A stretch of DNA of 64,000 bases from Promethearchaeota archaeon (GTDB lineage Archaea; Asgardarchaeota; Lokiarchaeia; Sigyniarchaeales; SOKP01), in contig JAHLWP010000009.1 of assembly GCA_019057865.1 (NCBI GenBank), positions 68,046 to 132,045 on the forward strand, written 5' to 3'. Of the stretch, positions 1-9,251 are shown piece by piece. The first letter of the stretch is position 1, and every line of letters starts with the position of its first letter. Below the pieces are notes generated by a model that saw only the letters and a list, made by a program, of their open reading frames with translations, had not been told where the DNA came from and ran no database searches. A program made the position numbers and the translations under genes.

Positions 1-655
1 GAATCTTTTCCTTATTCACAATTTTTGGTTTATTATGGCCCCTAATAGCGATAGCTTTAAGATTTTTTGATCCCATAACAGCCCCCATACCAGTTCTTCC
101 TGCAGCATTTCTTAGATCATTGATTATACAAGCATATCTAACCAAGTTTTCGCCTCCAGGACCAATTTTAGCCACTCGAATAAAGTCATCATTTAGTTCT
201 TGTTTTATGATATTTTGAGTATCTCCTGTATTTTTACCCCAGATATGATTTGCATCTTTAATTTCAATTTCAGTATCATGAATCCATAAATATACAGGAT
301 TTTTAGCTTTGCCTTCTATAATAATAGCGTCAAAACCAGCATGTTTTAATTCAGCACCCCAATAACCTCCAACATCTGCTTCTCCAAATCCCCCTGTCAA
401 GGGAGATTTTGCTCCAACACAATTTCTACCACTACCAGGAATAGGACATCCAGTTAGGGGGCCTGTTGCCAAGATTAATTTATTTTCTTGACTAAATGGA
501 TCTATACCCATTTTGATTTCTTTTAGAAGGAAATATGCAACAAATCCTTCCCCCCCTAGATATCTTCTATAAAATATATCATCTGGATTTTCAATAGATA
601 CATCTTCTTTAGATAAATTCACCTTAAGAATATTCCCAGTATAACCAAACTCCAT
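1..655 (-). CDS. aor: Aldehyde:ferredoxin oxidoreductase (W/Mo), N-terminal part; runs off the window edge
   Basis: Not in the ORF track. Manual translation from ATG at 655 gives MEFGYTGNILKVNLS...GAKSPLTGGFGEADVGG...IGPGGENLV...AGRTGMGAVMGSKNLKAIA, which are AOR N-terminal motifs. Confidence 0.93.
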   Translation of the reverse strand, partial: MEFGYTGNILKVNLSKEDVSIENPDDIFYRRYLGGEGFVAYFLLKEIKMGIDPFSQENKLILATGPLTGCPIPGSGRNCVGAKSPLTGGFGEADVGGYWGAELKHAGFDAIIIEGKAKNPVYLWIHDTEIEIKDANHIWGKNTGDTQNIIKQELNDDFIRVAKIGPGGENLVRYACIINDLRNAAGRTGMGAVMGSKNLKAIAIRGHNKPKIVNKEKI

Positions 656-727
656 ATCTATCCCTTATATAATATTTATTATGGCAATATTAACAAATAT
701 TTAAAGTTACTTTTGAAAGAAAAGAAT

Positions 728-1195
728 TTATTTAATTTCAAGAAATAATTTATGCATATAATCCTTAAAACCATGCTTTAAATAAAATGAATACGCTTCT
801 TGATTCTCTTTTACTACATTCAACTCAACTCGTAATAATCCTCGAGAATTAAACCAGTCAAAAGCTCTTTCCAATAATATACTTCCTATTCCCATTCTCC
901 TATAAGAGGAAGTGACCATTATAACATCAATTGAGCCATACTTTTCCTGTAAATATATAGGAGGATAATAACATAATTTTGCTACAATAAAACCTATTAA
1001 TTTCTTATCTTCTAACGCTCCAAAGATTGTTGTATCTCCTGATTTCATTAACTCTTTTATATATGATTCATAATTTAGATGCGCATCCTCTCTTCTAATA
1101 AAGAATGGATCCAAATTTGCTTGAAAATCAGAAAGTTCCTTCCATAGTTCTAGAATTTCAGGGATATATGATTCATCTATTTCGATTATATTAAT
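728..1195 (-). CDS. GNAT family N-acetyltransferase
   Basis: Acetyl-CoA motif YRRMGIGSILL and N..AYSFYLKHGF. The frame stays open 27 codons upstream of the TTG at 1114, up to ATT at 1195 (NIIEIDESYIPEILELWKEL, a typical GNAT N-terminus). Confidence 0.85.
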   Translation of the reverse strand: MNIIEIDESYIPEILELWKELSDFQANLDPFFIRREDAHLNYESYIKELMKSGDTTIFGALEDKKLIGFIVAKLCYYPPIYLQEKYGSIDVIMVTSSYRRMGIGSILLERAFDWFNSRGLLRVELNVVKENQEAYSFYLKHGFKDYMHKLFLEIK

Positions 1196-1311
1196 TTAAA
1201 TCAACTCTGATTTTAAGGTTAATAATGATATTTTATATAATTGTTGCATTAATTTTTAATTAATTATCAATTCTCTTGAAAGGTTTTAAATCTACTTAAT
1301 AATTTCCTTAA

Positions 1312-1869
1312 ATGAGGCCATACATGGCAGATTTAAACGATCTCACAGTGTATTACTTAGAAAAATTAGCAAAAGAATGTAATATTTCATTAAAGAAAAG
1401 TAGCACTAAAACAGAAAAGATAAAAAAGATAAAAAAAGCTAATATTTCGAAAGAACACCTTGAAAAACTTGTAATTAAATTCTTAGTTGAAAAGGAAGAA
1501 TCAAAGAAAATAAATAGAAGTTCCAAAAGAGAATTAGAAACACGTATTACCAAACTTGAAGAACAAGTTAAATTATTAGCATCTACATTAAGTGAACTTA
1601 AACAAAGTAGAAAAAAGGGAGGAACACGTGAATTAATAGAAAAAGTGAGTAATTTAGATGACGTAAAAAGAGTAATAATTTCAATGATGGTGCCTGGAGA
1701 AGCTTTAACTATAGATGCACTTATTGGCATTAAAGAAATACAACAATATCCATTAAGCATGATAACTCAAGCTATCATTGAATTAATCAAAGAAGAAACT
1801 TTAGTTGGTGCTGAGGGTAATTCTATTCAAAAAATAGGTGGAAAAATTGGAATATTAATTCGTAAATAA
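1312..1869 (+). CDS. Hypothetical protein: basic helical N-terminus, coiled coil, possible winged-helix C-terminus
   Basis: 185-aa ORF with a heptad segment ELETRITKLEEQVKLLASTLSEL. No family recognised; the start may be ATG 1324. Confidence 0.6.
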   Translation: MRPYMADLNDLTVYYLEKLAKECNISLKKSSTKTEKIKKIKKANISKEHLEKLVIKFLVEKEESKKINRSSKRELETRITKLEEQVKLLASTLSELKQSRKKGGTRELIEKVSNLDDVKRVIISMMVPGEALTIDALIGIKEIQQYPLSMITQAIIELIKEETLVGAEGNSIQKIGGKIGILIRK

Positions 1870-1973
1870 GATCTTCTTAGACCTTATAGTAGATTTCAAT
1901 GCAATTTTTGCATCTTATTTTATATAAGCTAAATATATTTCTATGTTAGTTATTGTAATTTAAATGGTAAAAA

Positions 1974-2780
1974 ATGAATTTAACTGAAGAGCAAATTAAG
2001 AGATATTCTCGTCAAATCGTCCTAAAAGAAGTTGGGGGTATAGGTCAAAGGAAATTATTAAAGTCAAAAATCTCTTTAGTTGGTCTAGGAGCTCTTGGAT
2101 CCCCAGTTGCATATTATTTAGCTGCTGCGGGAATTGGCAATCTAAAGATTATTGACTATGATACGGTTGAACTATCTAATCTCCATAGACAGATTCTTCA
2201 CTTTTCAAAGGATCTTAATAGAAAAAAAACTGAGAGCGCCATTGAAAAATTAAATTTGTTAAATCCTGATTGCAAGGTTGAAATCATTAATGAAAGAATC
2301 ACAGCCGATAATGCTAAGGAAATTCTTAAAGGCTCAGATTTTGTAATAGAAGGTTCTGATAATTTTGCAACTAAAATACTAGTTAATGATACATGTATGT
2401 ATTTAAAGATACCATTTACAATAGCGGGAGTTTTACGATTTCATGGTCAAATAATGACTGTCGTTCCAAAAGAAAAAACTGCGTGTTATAGATGCGTTTT
2501 TGGGGATATCTTTGATGGTCCCACTGGAATGTCTTGTTCTGAAGCTGGTGTAATAGGATTTGTTCCGGGAATATTAGGCTGTTTAGAGGCAAATGATGCA
2601 TTAAAATATATTTTAGGTATTGGAGAATTAATAACAAATAAAATTTTATATGTTGACCTTTTAAGAAACGCCTTTAATTTTATAGATATTCATAGAGATA
2701 AGAAATGTATTGCTTGTGGAGAAAAAGCTAAAGATCTAATTGAAATTATGCAATATGGGGGCGATAATGTGTGTCAATAA
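1974..2780 (+). CDS. moeB: MoeB/ThiF/UbaA E1-like adenylyltransferase
   Basis: RYSRQIVL, GLGALGS, DYDTVELSNLHRQ, CYRC...CIAC zinc ligands, catalytic SCSEAG. Confidence 0.95.
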   Translation: MNLTEEQIKRYSRQIVLKEVGGIGQRKLLKSKISLVGLGALGSPVAYYLAAAGIGNLKIIDYDTVELSNLHRQILHFSKDLNRKKTESAIEKLNLLNPDCKVEIINERITADNAKEILKGSDFVIEGSDNFATKILVNDTCMYLKIPFTIAGVLRFHGQIMTVVPKEKTACYRCVFGDIFDGPTGMSCSEAGVIGFVPGILGCLEANDALKYILGIGELITNKILYVDLLRNAFNFIDIHRDKKCIACGEKAKDLIEIMQYGGDNVCQ

Positions 2781-3040
2781 ATGAAATAGAAAAAACGGAA
2801 AAAGATATTGTAAAGAATTTAGATATAAGGGGAAGAGTATGTCCTATGACTTTTGTTTATACTAAGCTAGCTCTTGAAGAACTTGATAAGGGCAATATTT
2901 TAGAAGTTCTTTTAGATTTTGCTCCTGCAATTAAGAATGTACCCGAAAATTGTGAGCGACAAAGTTTAGCAGAATTACTAGAAATAAAAGAGATAGGTTC
3001 AGATAACAAATACTGGTGTTTAAAACTTAAGAAACTTTAA
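2771..3040 (+). CDS. tusA: TusA/SirA sulfur carrier
   Basis: LDIRGRVCPMTFV motif; overlaps the moeB end. Confidence 0.92.
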   Translation: MSINEIEKTEKDIVKNLDIRGRVCPMTFVYTKLALEELDKGNILEVLLDFAPAIKNVPENCERQSLAELLEIKEIGSDNKYWCLKLKKL

Positions 3041-3046
3041 ATTATC

Positions 3047-4078
3047 ATGCAAGAATTAATAAAACTCCATAAAAAAAGTAAACTTTTAGGATTAGGATTA
3101 ATTTCAGGAGGATTGGATAGTTTAATTGCTTCTCTAATATTAAAACTACAAGACATTGAAGTTGTAGGTCTAAATTTTAAATCCCCATTTTGTATTTGCG
3201 ATAAAGCTTTAAAAAATTCAGAATGCGGATTAAACCTCTACTTTGAAAAGTTAGGGATTAATCTCTTCTTTATTCAGAAAGGAGATGACTATTTAGATAT
3301 AATAAGTAATCCTAAATATGGATTTGGAAAAAATTTAAATCCTTGCATTGACTGTAGGATTTACATTCTTAAAAAGGCAAAAGAATTTGCAGAAAGAATT
3401 AACGCAGATTTTATTTTTACTGGAGAAGTATTAAACCAAAGACCAAAATCTCAAAATCTAAAAGCTTTAAAAATAATAGATAAGGAATCTACTCTTGAAG
3501 GAAGTTTGCTTAGACCTTTATCTGCTTTATTATTAAACCCTACAATAATGGAGAAAAAGGGACTAATAGATAGATCTAAATTATTGGGAATAAAAGGTAG
3601 GAGTAGAAAGATTCAACTTGAATTGGCTAAAAAACATGGTTTATTAAAAGAATACTTTGCGTGTGGAGGTTGTTTATTAACGGACACACGATTTTCTAAT
3701 AGGATGAGAGATTATCTTAAATTTAATAAAAATCCTACAATGAATGATATAAATATCCTTAAATATGGGCGTCATTTTCGATTTAATAATTCAAAAATTA
3801 TTGTAGGTAGAAATGAATTCGAAAATAACATGTTAATTCAAATAAAAAATGCTAATAATTTAATAATGGAAGCTAAAGATGTATCTGGACCTGTTACTAT
3901 CATTCAAGAAAAATTTGATGAAAATATTATTAATTTTGCAGCTAAACTGACTTTAAGATATTCAGATGCTGAAAAACCTTATGGACAAATAATTTATGGA
4001 AATAATCCAAAAGAATTAGATAAAATGATAATAGTGAAAAAGATAAGCGATGAGTATCTTAAATCGTTCATCTTATAA
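3047..4078 (+). CDS. PP-loop tRNA thiolation enzyme (THUMP-less ThiI/MnmA-like, DUF814-like C-terminus)
   Basis: SGGLDS PP-loop, NPCIDCR, TGEVLNQRPKSQ, CGGCLLTD, GRHFR...IVGRNEFEN. Confidence 0.85.
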   Translation: MQELIKLHKKSKLLGLGLISGGLDSLIASLILKLQDIEVVGLNFKSPFCICDKALKNSECGLNLYFEKLGINLFFIQKGDDYLDIISNPKYGFGKNLNPCIDCRIYILKKAKEFAERINADFIFTGEVLNQRPKSQNLKALKIIDKESTLEGSLLRPLSALLLNPTIMEKKGLIDRSKLLGIKGRSRKIQLELAKKHGLLKEYFACGGCLLTDTRFSNRMRDYLKFNKNPTMNDINILKYGRHFRFNNSKIIVGRNEFENNMLIQIKNANNLIMEAKDVSGPVTIIQEKFDENIINFAAKLTLRYSDAEKPYGQIIYGNNPKELDKMIIVKKISDEYLKSFIL

Positions 4079-4137
4079 TTTATTTTTTATTATCTAAATC
4101 GCGAATTTTGTAAAATATTTAATAATTTATAAATTTA

Positions 4138-4698
4138 CTATTTAAATCTCATTATTTTCTTATATTCACAGTACTTACAATTAGCACTACAACCATCTTC
4201 TAAAATAGGTTCAAGAACTTCAGAATCAACATCGATAGGTAGAATTAAATTTTTAGCAATATCAGTTATGATTTCCATAGAAACTTTTTGAACATTTGAG
4301 TTAGCTCTGAAATGTTGATTGACAACATTAAAAAGTTTTTTTATTTGTGTGTTTGCTAATAAAATAGTAATATTATATTTTCCACTTAATCTAAAAGTAT
4401 TAAGCATGAAAGGACAATGATTTACCATTTCCATAATTTCATCCGGATTTTTTACATTTAAATTTACAAATGCTAATTGAATATTTATTTTTTTTAAATT
4501 TAATCCTGCTTGAAATTGTAAAATTCCTTTATCTTTAAGTTTCTTCAATCTGATTCCTACAGCTGGTTGACTCCGATTAAAAATTTCAGCAATTTGGTTA
4601 TGAGTTAAGTTTGGATCTTCTTGCAACAATGAAATTAGTTTTAAATCAATCTCATCTAATTTTAATTTTTTATTATTCATTTGCATTCTATCATTCAC
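4138..4698 (-). CDS. Lrp/AsnC transcriptional regulator with Cys-rich tail
   Basis: LDEIDLKLISLLQED HTH, RAM-like domain (SGKYNI), tail CSANCKYC. The start may be ATG 4686 or 4680. Confidence 0.88.
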   Translation of the reverse strand: MNDRMQMNNKKLKLDEIDLKLISLLQEDPNLTHNQIAEIFNRSQPAVGIRLKKLKDKGILQFQAGLNLKKINIQLAFVNLNVKNPDEIMEMVNHCPFMLNTFRLSGKYNITILLANTQIKKLFNVVNQHFRANSNVQKVSMEIITDIAKNLILPIDVDSEVLEPILEDGCSANCKYCEYKKIMRFK

Positions 4699-4768
4699 TT
4701 TTTATAAAGAGACAATTTAATTAAAAGGTTAGACAATTCATAATTTAATTAATATCTATTTTTCTTTC

Positions 4769-5698
4769 TTAGGCTTCAAATAAATCGGTTGATAAATATC
4801 TTTCTCCAGTATCGGGTAAAATTATAACTAAATTATCTCCTTTTTTAAAATCTTTTGAAGCCTTATAAATTCCTGCCCATGCTGCAGCTCCTGCGGAAAC
4901 ACCAACAAAAATTCCTTCTAATTTAGCTAAGTTTCTTGTGGTTTCTACAGCATCCTCATAATCAACTTGAATTACACTATCATAAATTTCAGTATTTAAT
5001 ACATCAGGTACAAACCCGGCACCAATACCTTGTATTTTATGTGAACCTGATTTTCCTCCTGACAATACAGGAGAATCTTTAGGTTCTACTGCATATACTT
5101 TCACGTGATCCCCAATTCTCTGTTTAAGAATTTTCCCAACACCCGTTATAGTTCCACCTGTCCCAATTCCTGATACAAGTCCATCTATCTTTCCATTTAA
5201 ATCATTATATATTTCCTCTGCAGTAGTTTTACGATGAATTTCAGGGTTCGCCTCATTTTTAAATTGTTGAGGGATAAAAACTTTATCGTTGTCTTTCGCC
5301 AACTCTTCAGCCTTTTCAATGGCTCCCTTCATCCCTTTATCAGCAGGAGTTAAAACTAATTCAGCTCCATATGCTTTTAATATTTTTCTTCTTTCAATTG
5401 TCATACTATCTGGCATTGTAAGAATTAATCTATAATTCTTAGCAGCGCATACTAAAGCTAAACCAATACCGGTATTTCCTGAAGTGGGTTCGACAATGAT
5501 AGTATCTTTATTAATGATATTTTCTTTTTCTGCCTTTTCTATCATTGACATACAGATTCTATCTTTGACACTTGCACCTGGATTAAATGATTCTATTTTT
5601 ACATAAATATTTGGTTCAATATCCTCTGTTATTCTATTTAATTTTACTAAAGGTGTATTTCCTATTGTTTCAATAATATTATTATATACCTTTCCCAA
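4769..5698 (-). CDS. cysK: Cysteine synthase A (O-acetylserine sulfhydrylase)
   Basis: NPGASVKDR (PLP lysine), EPTSGNTG, GIGTGGT, HKIQGIGAGFVP, DTGERYLST. Confidence 0.97.
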   Translation of the reverse strand: MGKVYNNIIETIGNTPLVKLNRITEDIEPNIYVKIESFNPGASVKDRICMSMIEKAEKENIINKDTIIVEPTSGNTGIGLALVCAAKNYRLILTMPDSMTIERRKILKAYGAELVLTPADKGMKGAIEKAEELAKDNDKVFIPQQFKNEANPEIHRKTTAEEIYNDLNGKIDGLVSGIGTGGTITGVGKILKQRIGDHVKVYAVEPKDSPVLSGGKSGSHKIQGIGAGFVPDVLNTEIYDSVIQVDYEDAVETTRNLAKLEGIFVGVSAGAAAWAGIYKASKDFKKGDNLVIILPDTGERYLSTDLFEA

Positions 5699-5737
5699 CT
5701 TCTTTCAACTCTTTTTCTCTTAAATTAATTATTTTGG

Positions 5738-5897
5738 TTAAATTCCATCTCCATTTAAGCCATAAAAAAAACCTAAAGTTTTTCCACAACTTAGACATCA
5801 TAAAAATTCTTTCAATTTCATAACATAATTGTTATTCTTTAGAATATGAATTCTCTTTTTAAATAAAAAATTTGGTGCAATATTTACATCTATTTAT
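5738..5897 (-). pseudogene. Disrupted zinc-ribbon micro-protein ending in GDGI (putative CysK-binding tail)
   Basis: Manual translation: NRCKYCTKFFI*KENSYSKE*QLCYEIERIF, then a frameshift to CLSCGKTLGFFYGLNGDGI*. Co-oriented between the SAMP gene and cysK. Confidence 0.55.
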
Positions 5898-5912
5898 AAA
5901 AAGATACGATAT

Positions 5913-6200
5913 TTATCCTCCTGCAATGGCTGGTAAAAAGGATATCTCATCCCCATCTTTGATGATTGTATTTAAATTATCAAAAGATCGAATATCCTTT
6001 CCGTTTAATCCTAAAATAACATATTTATTCAAGTTATCTGGCGACCTTAAGATAAATTTTTCAAAATCAGAACCATAGTTTAAAATTAAACTACTTAATA
6101 CATCTTTAATTGTCGAATTTTCAATAATCGGCATTATAATATCTTTAAATCCTGTAATATCTGCCAATAATGATAAAAAAGAAACTTTAATATTTATCAT
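5913..6200 (-). CDS. moaD: MoaD/ThiS/SAMP ubiquitin-like sulfur carrier
   Basis: Beta-grasp pattern; C-terminus DGDEISFLPAIAGG. Confidence 0.92.
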   Translation of the reverse strand: MINIKVSFLSLLADITGFKDIIMPIIENSTIKDVLSSLILNYGSDFEKFILRSPDNLNKYVILGLNGKDIRSFDNLNTIIKDGDEISFLPAIAGG

Positions 6201-6335
6201 ACAAATATTTTTAAAATTATTATTCTGAGTCTACAGTTAAACAATTAAAATAATAGAAATATAAGCAATTAATTTTTATGGTTATAAAATTAAAATATTA
6301 TTGTATTGTTCACGGATAATAAATAATTATCTCAT

Positions 6336-7283
6336 GTGATTTTTATTAGAAAAAATAAATTAAACATTGGACATCTATCAACTGCCTATCATACAAATTT
6401 TATTTTAATGGAAAATGATGATTTAAAAACCAATCTCAATATTGATATCAATTGGATTTTGTTTGGGACAGGCCCTGCAATGGTTCAAGCTTTTAAGAAT
6501 GAAGAATTAGATATTGGTTATATGGGATTACCTCCTGCAATCATAGGAATTGATAATGGAATTTCCATTAAATGTGTAGCAGGAGGACATGTTGAAGGAA
6601 CAATAATGATTGCTAAAAAGAAATACAGGAGTATAAATCAATTAGATCATAATATGTATAAAGTTCTTGAGCAATTTAAAGGAAAATCAATAGGAGTTCC
6701 AAGTAAAGGTTCTATACATGATGTTATAATAAATCATTATTTGAAAAAACATAATTTACTAGACAAGGTTGAAGTAAAGAATTATGCACAAGCTGAATTC
6801 ATTGCTTTGGATATGAAAAAAGGAATTATCGAAGGATGTGTTGGAACACCTGCATTAGCTGTATTTGCTACAACAATTTTAGATTCTCATATTATTATTG
6901 GACCTAAGTTTTTATGGCCAAATAATCCTAGTTATGGGATATTTTTTCATTTAAATCTCATTAAAAGTTATCCTAAGTTAATCATTATATTTCTTAAGCA
7001 TCATAAAAAAGCATCTTATTTACTCAGAATCTCACAATCATTAGCAGCAGAGAAAATTTCTAAATCTTTTGAAATGATTGACAAAAGTTATGCGGAATCT
7101 GTTTTAAAAATTTCACCAAAATATTGTATATCGCTTTCAGAAGAATATATAAATACAACAATAGAATTTGTAAAAATCCTTCATGGATTAGGTTATATTA
7201 AAAAGAACCTTACAATAGATGATATTTTCATATCTAAATATATTCAAAAAGTACACCCTGAAGAAGATCATTATTCAAATTAA
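6336..7283 (+). CDS. NitT/TauT (SsuA/NMT1-like) substrate-binding-fold protein with no signal peptide
   Basis: FGTGPAMVQAF..ELDIGYMGLPPAI, GKSIGVPSKGSIHD. The start is possibly ATT 6345. Confidence 0.8.
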   Translation: MIFIRKNKLNIGHLSTAYHTNFILMENDDLKTNLNIDINWILFGTGPAMVQAFKNEELDIGYMGLPPAIIGIDNGISIKCVAGGHVEGTIMIAKKKYRSINQLDHNMYKVLEQFKGKSIGVPSKGSIHDVIINHYLKKHNLLDKVEVKNYAQAEFIALDMKKGIIEGCVGTPALAVFATTILDSHIIIGPKFLWPNNPSYGIFFHLNLIKSYPKLIIIFLKHHKKASYLLRISQSLAAEKISKSFEMIDKSYAESVLKISPKYCISLSEEYINTTIEFVKILHGLGYIKKNLTIDDIFISKYIQKVHPEEDHYSN

Positions 7284-7606
7284 ATCTTATTTTCTTGAAA
7301 TCAATTAATTTAAAAACATGCCTTTAAATTATAAAAAAGAGGAAAAGAAAATTACGTTCAATCTTATATTTAACATAAGAGGGAAGAATAAAACTATAGT
7401 TTTATTAAGGACAAATCTAATATTAGATTGAAATAATTTCCTTCTTTTTATGAATTAAATTAGTTATTTAAATAATTTACAGCAAATATTGCACCTAATT
7501 ATTTCCACAAAAAAATACACTAATGGGTATTTCTTAATTATATTTGAAATCATAATAAATTGTCTTTACTAAGAATATTAAAAAAAAAAATAATAGAAAT
7601 TAATAG

Positions 7607-7975
7607 TTAAGCATCTGTCTGAGCTTTTTTAGTAAATAACTTAAACATTGGGCAATCATCGAACTCTTCAATATTAAATTCACCCTCACCGTTTCCTTCG
7701 GCGATTTTTCCAACCTCAGCAAACATTTTTTCAAACATTTTTTCAAACATTTTTTCAAACATACTGGTTTTACTAAATGAAAGCGCTCCAATAAAGATTA
7801 TAATTAGAGAAATTATAACGGCGATTAACCAAATTGGTATTACCACAAAAAGTCTCCAATCAAGCCACGAAATGTCAATTAATAAATCCACAAGTGCTCC
7901 GAGTGTAAAAATAGTAGCAAGTCCAAGCCCAAAGATTATTAAAAATATACCTTTTCCTTTTCCCATTTTCAACAA
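7607..7975 (-). CDS. Small two-TM membrane protein with MFEK repeats
   Basis: Two hydrophobic segments followed by an acidic tail. Confidence 0.7.
   Translation of the reverse strand: MLKMGKGKGIFLIIFGLGLATIFTLGALVDLLIDISWLDWRLFVVIPIWLIAVIISLIIIFIGALSFSKTSMFEKMFEKMFEKMFAEVGKIAEGNGEGEFNIEEFDDCPMFKLFTKKAQTDA
7721..7762. repeat. 12-bp tandem repeat (AAACATTTTTTC) x3.5
   Basis: Read directly from the sequence; encodes MFEK x3. Confidence 0.9.
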
Positions 7976-8118
7976 CTTTTATTTTTACTTTTTATATTGA
8001 ATGCTAAACCCTTTGTTCTCAAAAAAATTTATTAATAGATATTACATCAAGATTGTTTATAAAGAAAAATGCAAGCTTTGCGCTAATGTTTTTAAATTTT
8101 GAACTAAATATCTTAAAT

Positions 8119-9078
8119 ATGATGGAGTTATTTCCAAAAATATCAGTTATTGGATGTGGAAATGTTGGGATGCGTTATGTTTATGCTTTGATGATTAAAG
8201 GGACTGCAAGAAAAATAGTTTTAGTTGACCTTGATAAGAAAAAACTTGGTGGAGATGTATTGGATTTATCTCATGGCACTCCCTTCACATCACCAGTTGA
8301 AATTATCGCTGGGGACTATTCTGATATAAGAGATTCTAATTTGGTGGTAATAACTGCAGGTAAAAAACAAAAAGCAGGACAAACACGATTGGATGTAGCA
8401 AAAGATAACGTCAATTTGTATGAAATTATTATTCCTGAAATTCGAAAACATGCTCCTTCTGCTATTTATTTAATTGTTTCTAATCCTGTAGATATTCTAT
8501 CTTATGCAGCATATAAATTTTCTAAAAAAAAGCCAACAGAAGTAATTGGCTCAGGAACCGTTTTAGATTCAGCTAGATTTAGATTTCTATTAGGGAAGCA
8601 TTGCAATGTTGATCCTAGAAATGTACATGCTTATATTCTTGGTGAACATGGAGATACTGAGGTTCCCATTTGGAGTAAAGCCATGCTAGGAGGTGGAGCG
8701 CTAAGAGAATATTGCCCTACTTGTGAGAATAAAGATAAATGCAATCGGGAAGAAGAACTTAATAAAATTTTTCAAGAAGTTAGAGATTCTGCCTATAGAA
8801 TAATTGATAGGAAAGGAGAGACATCATATGGAATCGGACTTTCTCTTGTAAGAATATCGCAAGCAATTTTAAATAATGAGAATTCTATTTTACCAGTTTC
8901 TTGCTATATAGATGATTACATAGATTTTGGTGATTTATATTTAAGTTTACCTGCTGTAATAAACAATGAAGGAGTACGCGATATATTAAAGCTCGATCTA
9001 AATCAAGAAGAACAAGAAAAACTTAAGTTCTCCGCCCAAACTCTGAAAGATGTGCTTAAAGAGGTCGGATTGAATTAA
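8119..9078 (+). CDS. ldh: L-lactate dehydrogenase
   Basis: GCGNVG, ITAGKKQKAGQTRLD (Gln at the specificity position indicates LDH), SNPVD, LDSARF, GEHGD. ATG 8119/8122 is preferred over TTG 8053. Confidence 0.93.
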   Translation: MMELFPKISVIGCGNVGMRYVYALMIKGTARKIVLVDLDKKKLGGDVLDLSHGTPFTSPVEIIAGDYSDIRDSNLVVITAGKKQKAGQTRLDVAKDNVNLYEIIIPEIRKHAPSAIYLIVSNPVDILSYAAYKFSKKKPTEVIGSGTVLDSARFRFLLGKHCNVDPRNVHAYILGEHGDTEVPIWSKAMLGGGALREYCPTCENKDKCNREEELNKIFQEVRDSAYRIIDRKGETSYGIGLSLVRISQAILNNENSILPVSCYIDDYIDFGDLYLSLPAVINNEGVRDILKLDLNQEEQEKLKFSAQTLKDVLKEVGLN

Positions 9079-9251
9079 ATCTTTGGTTAATTAGTTTTTA
9101 AATTATTTTAGAGTAAATTTTTAAAAATTTTCCTAGTTCCAATTAGAGCATTAAAAAATATTTTAAAAATCAATATTGAAATTATTAACAGATTATTTGG
9201 TTAAGTGAAATTCTGGCACCTTTTTATGTTAGGAATTCTATTAATAATATT

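Noticed and set aside
5738-5821. Selenoprotein reading MKLKEFL-U-CLSCGK...GDGI through an in-frame TGA
   Set aside because: Lokiarchaeia do use Sec, but I see no SECIS-like hairpin downstream, the TGA is not at a Cys position of the knuckle, and a frameshifted zinc-ribbon explains the sequence better.
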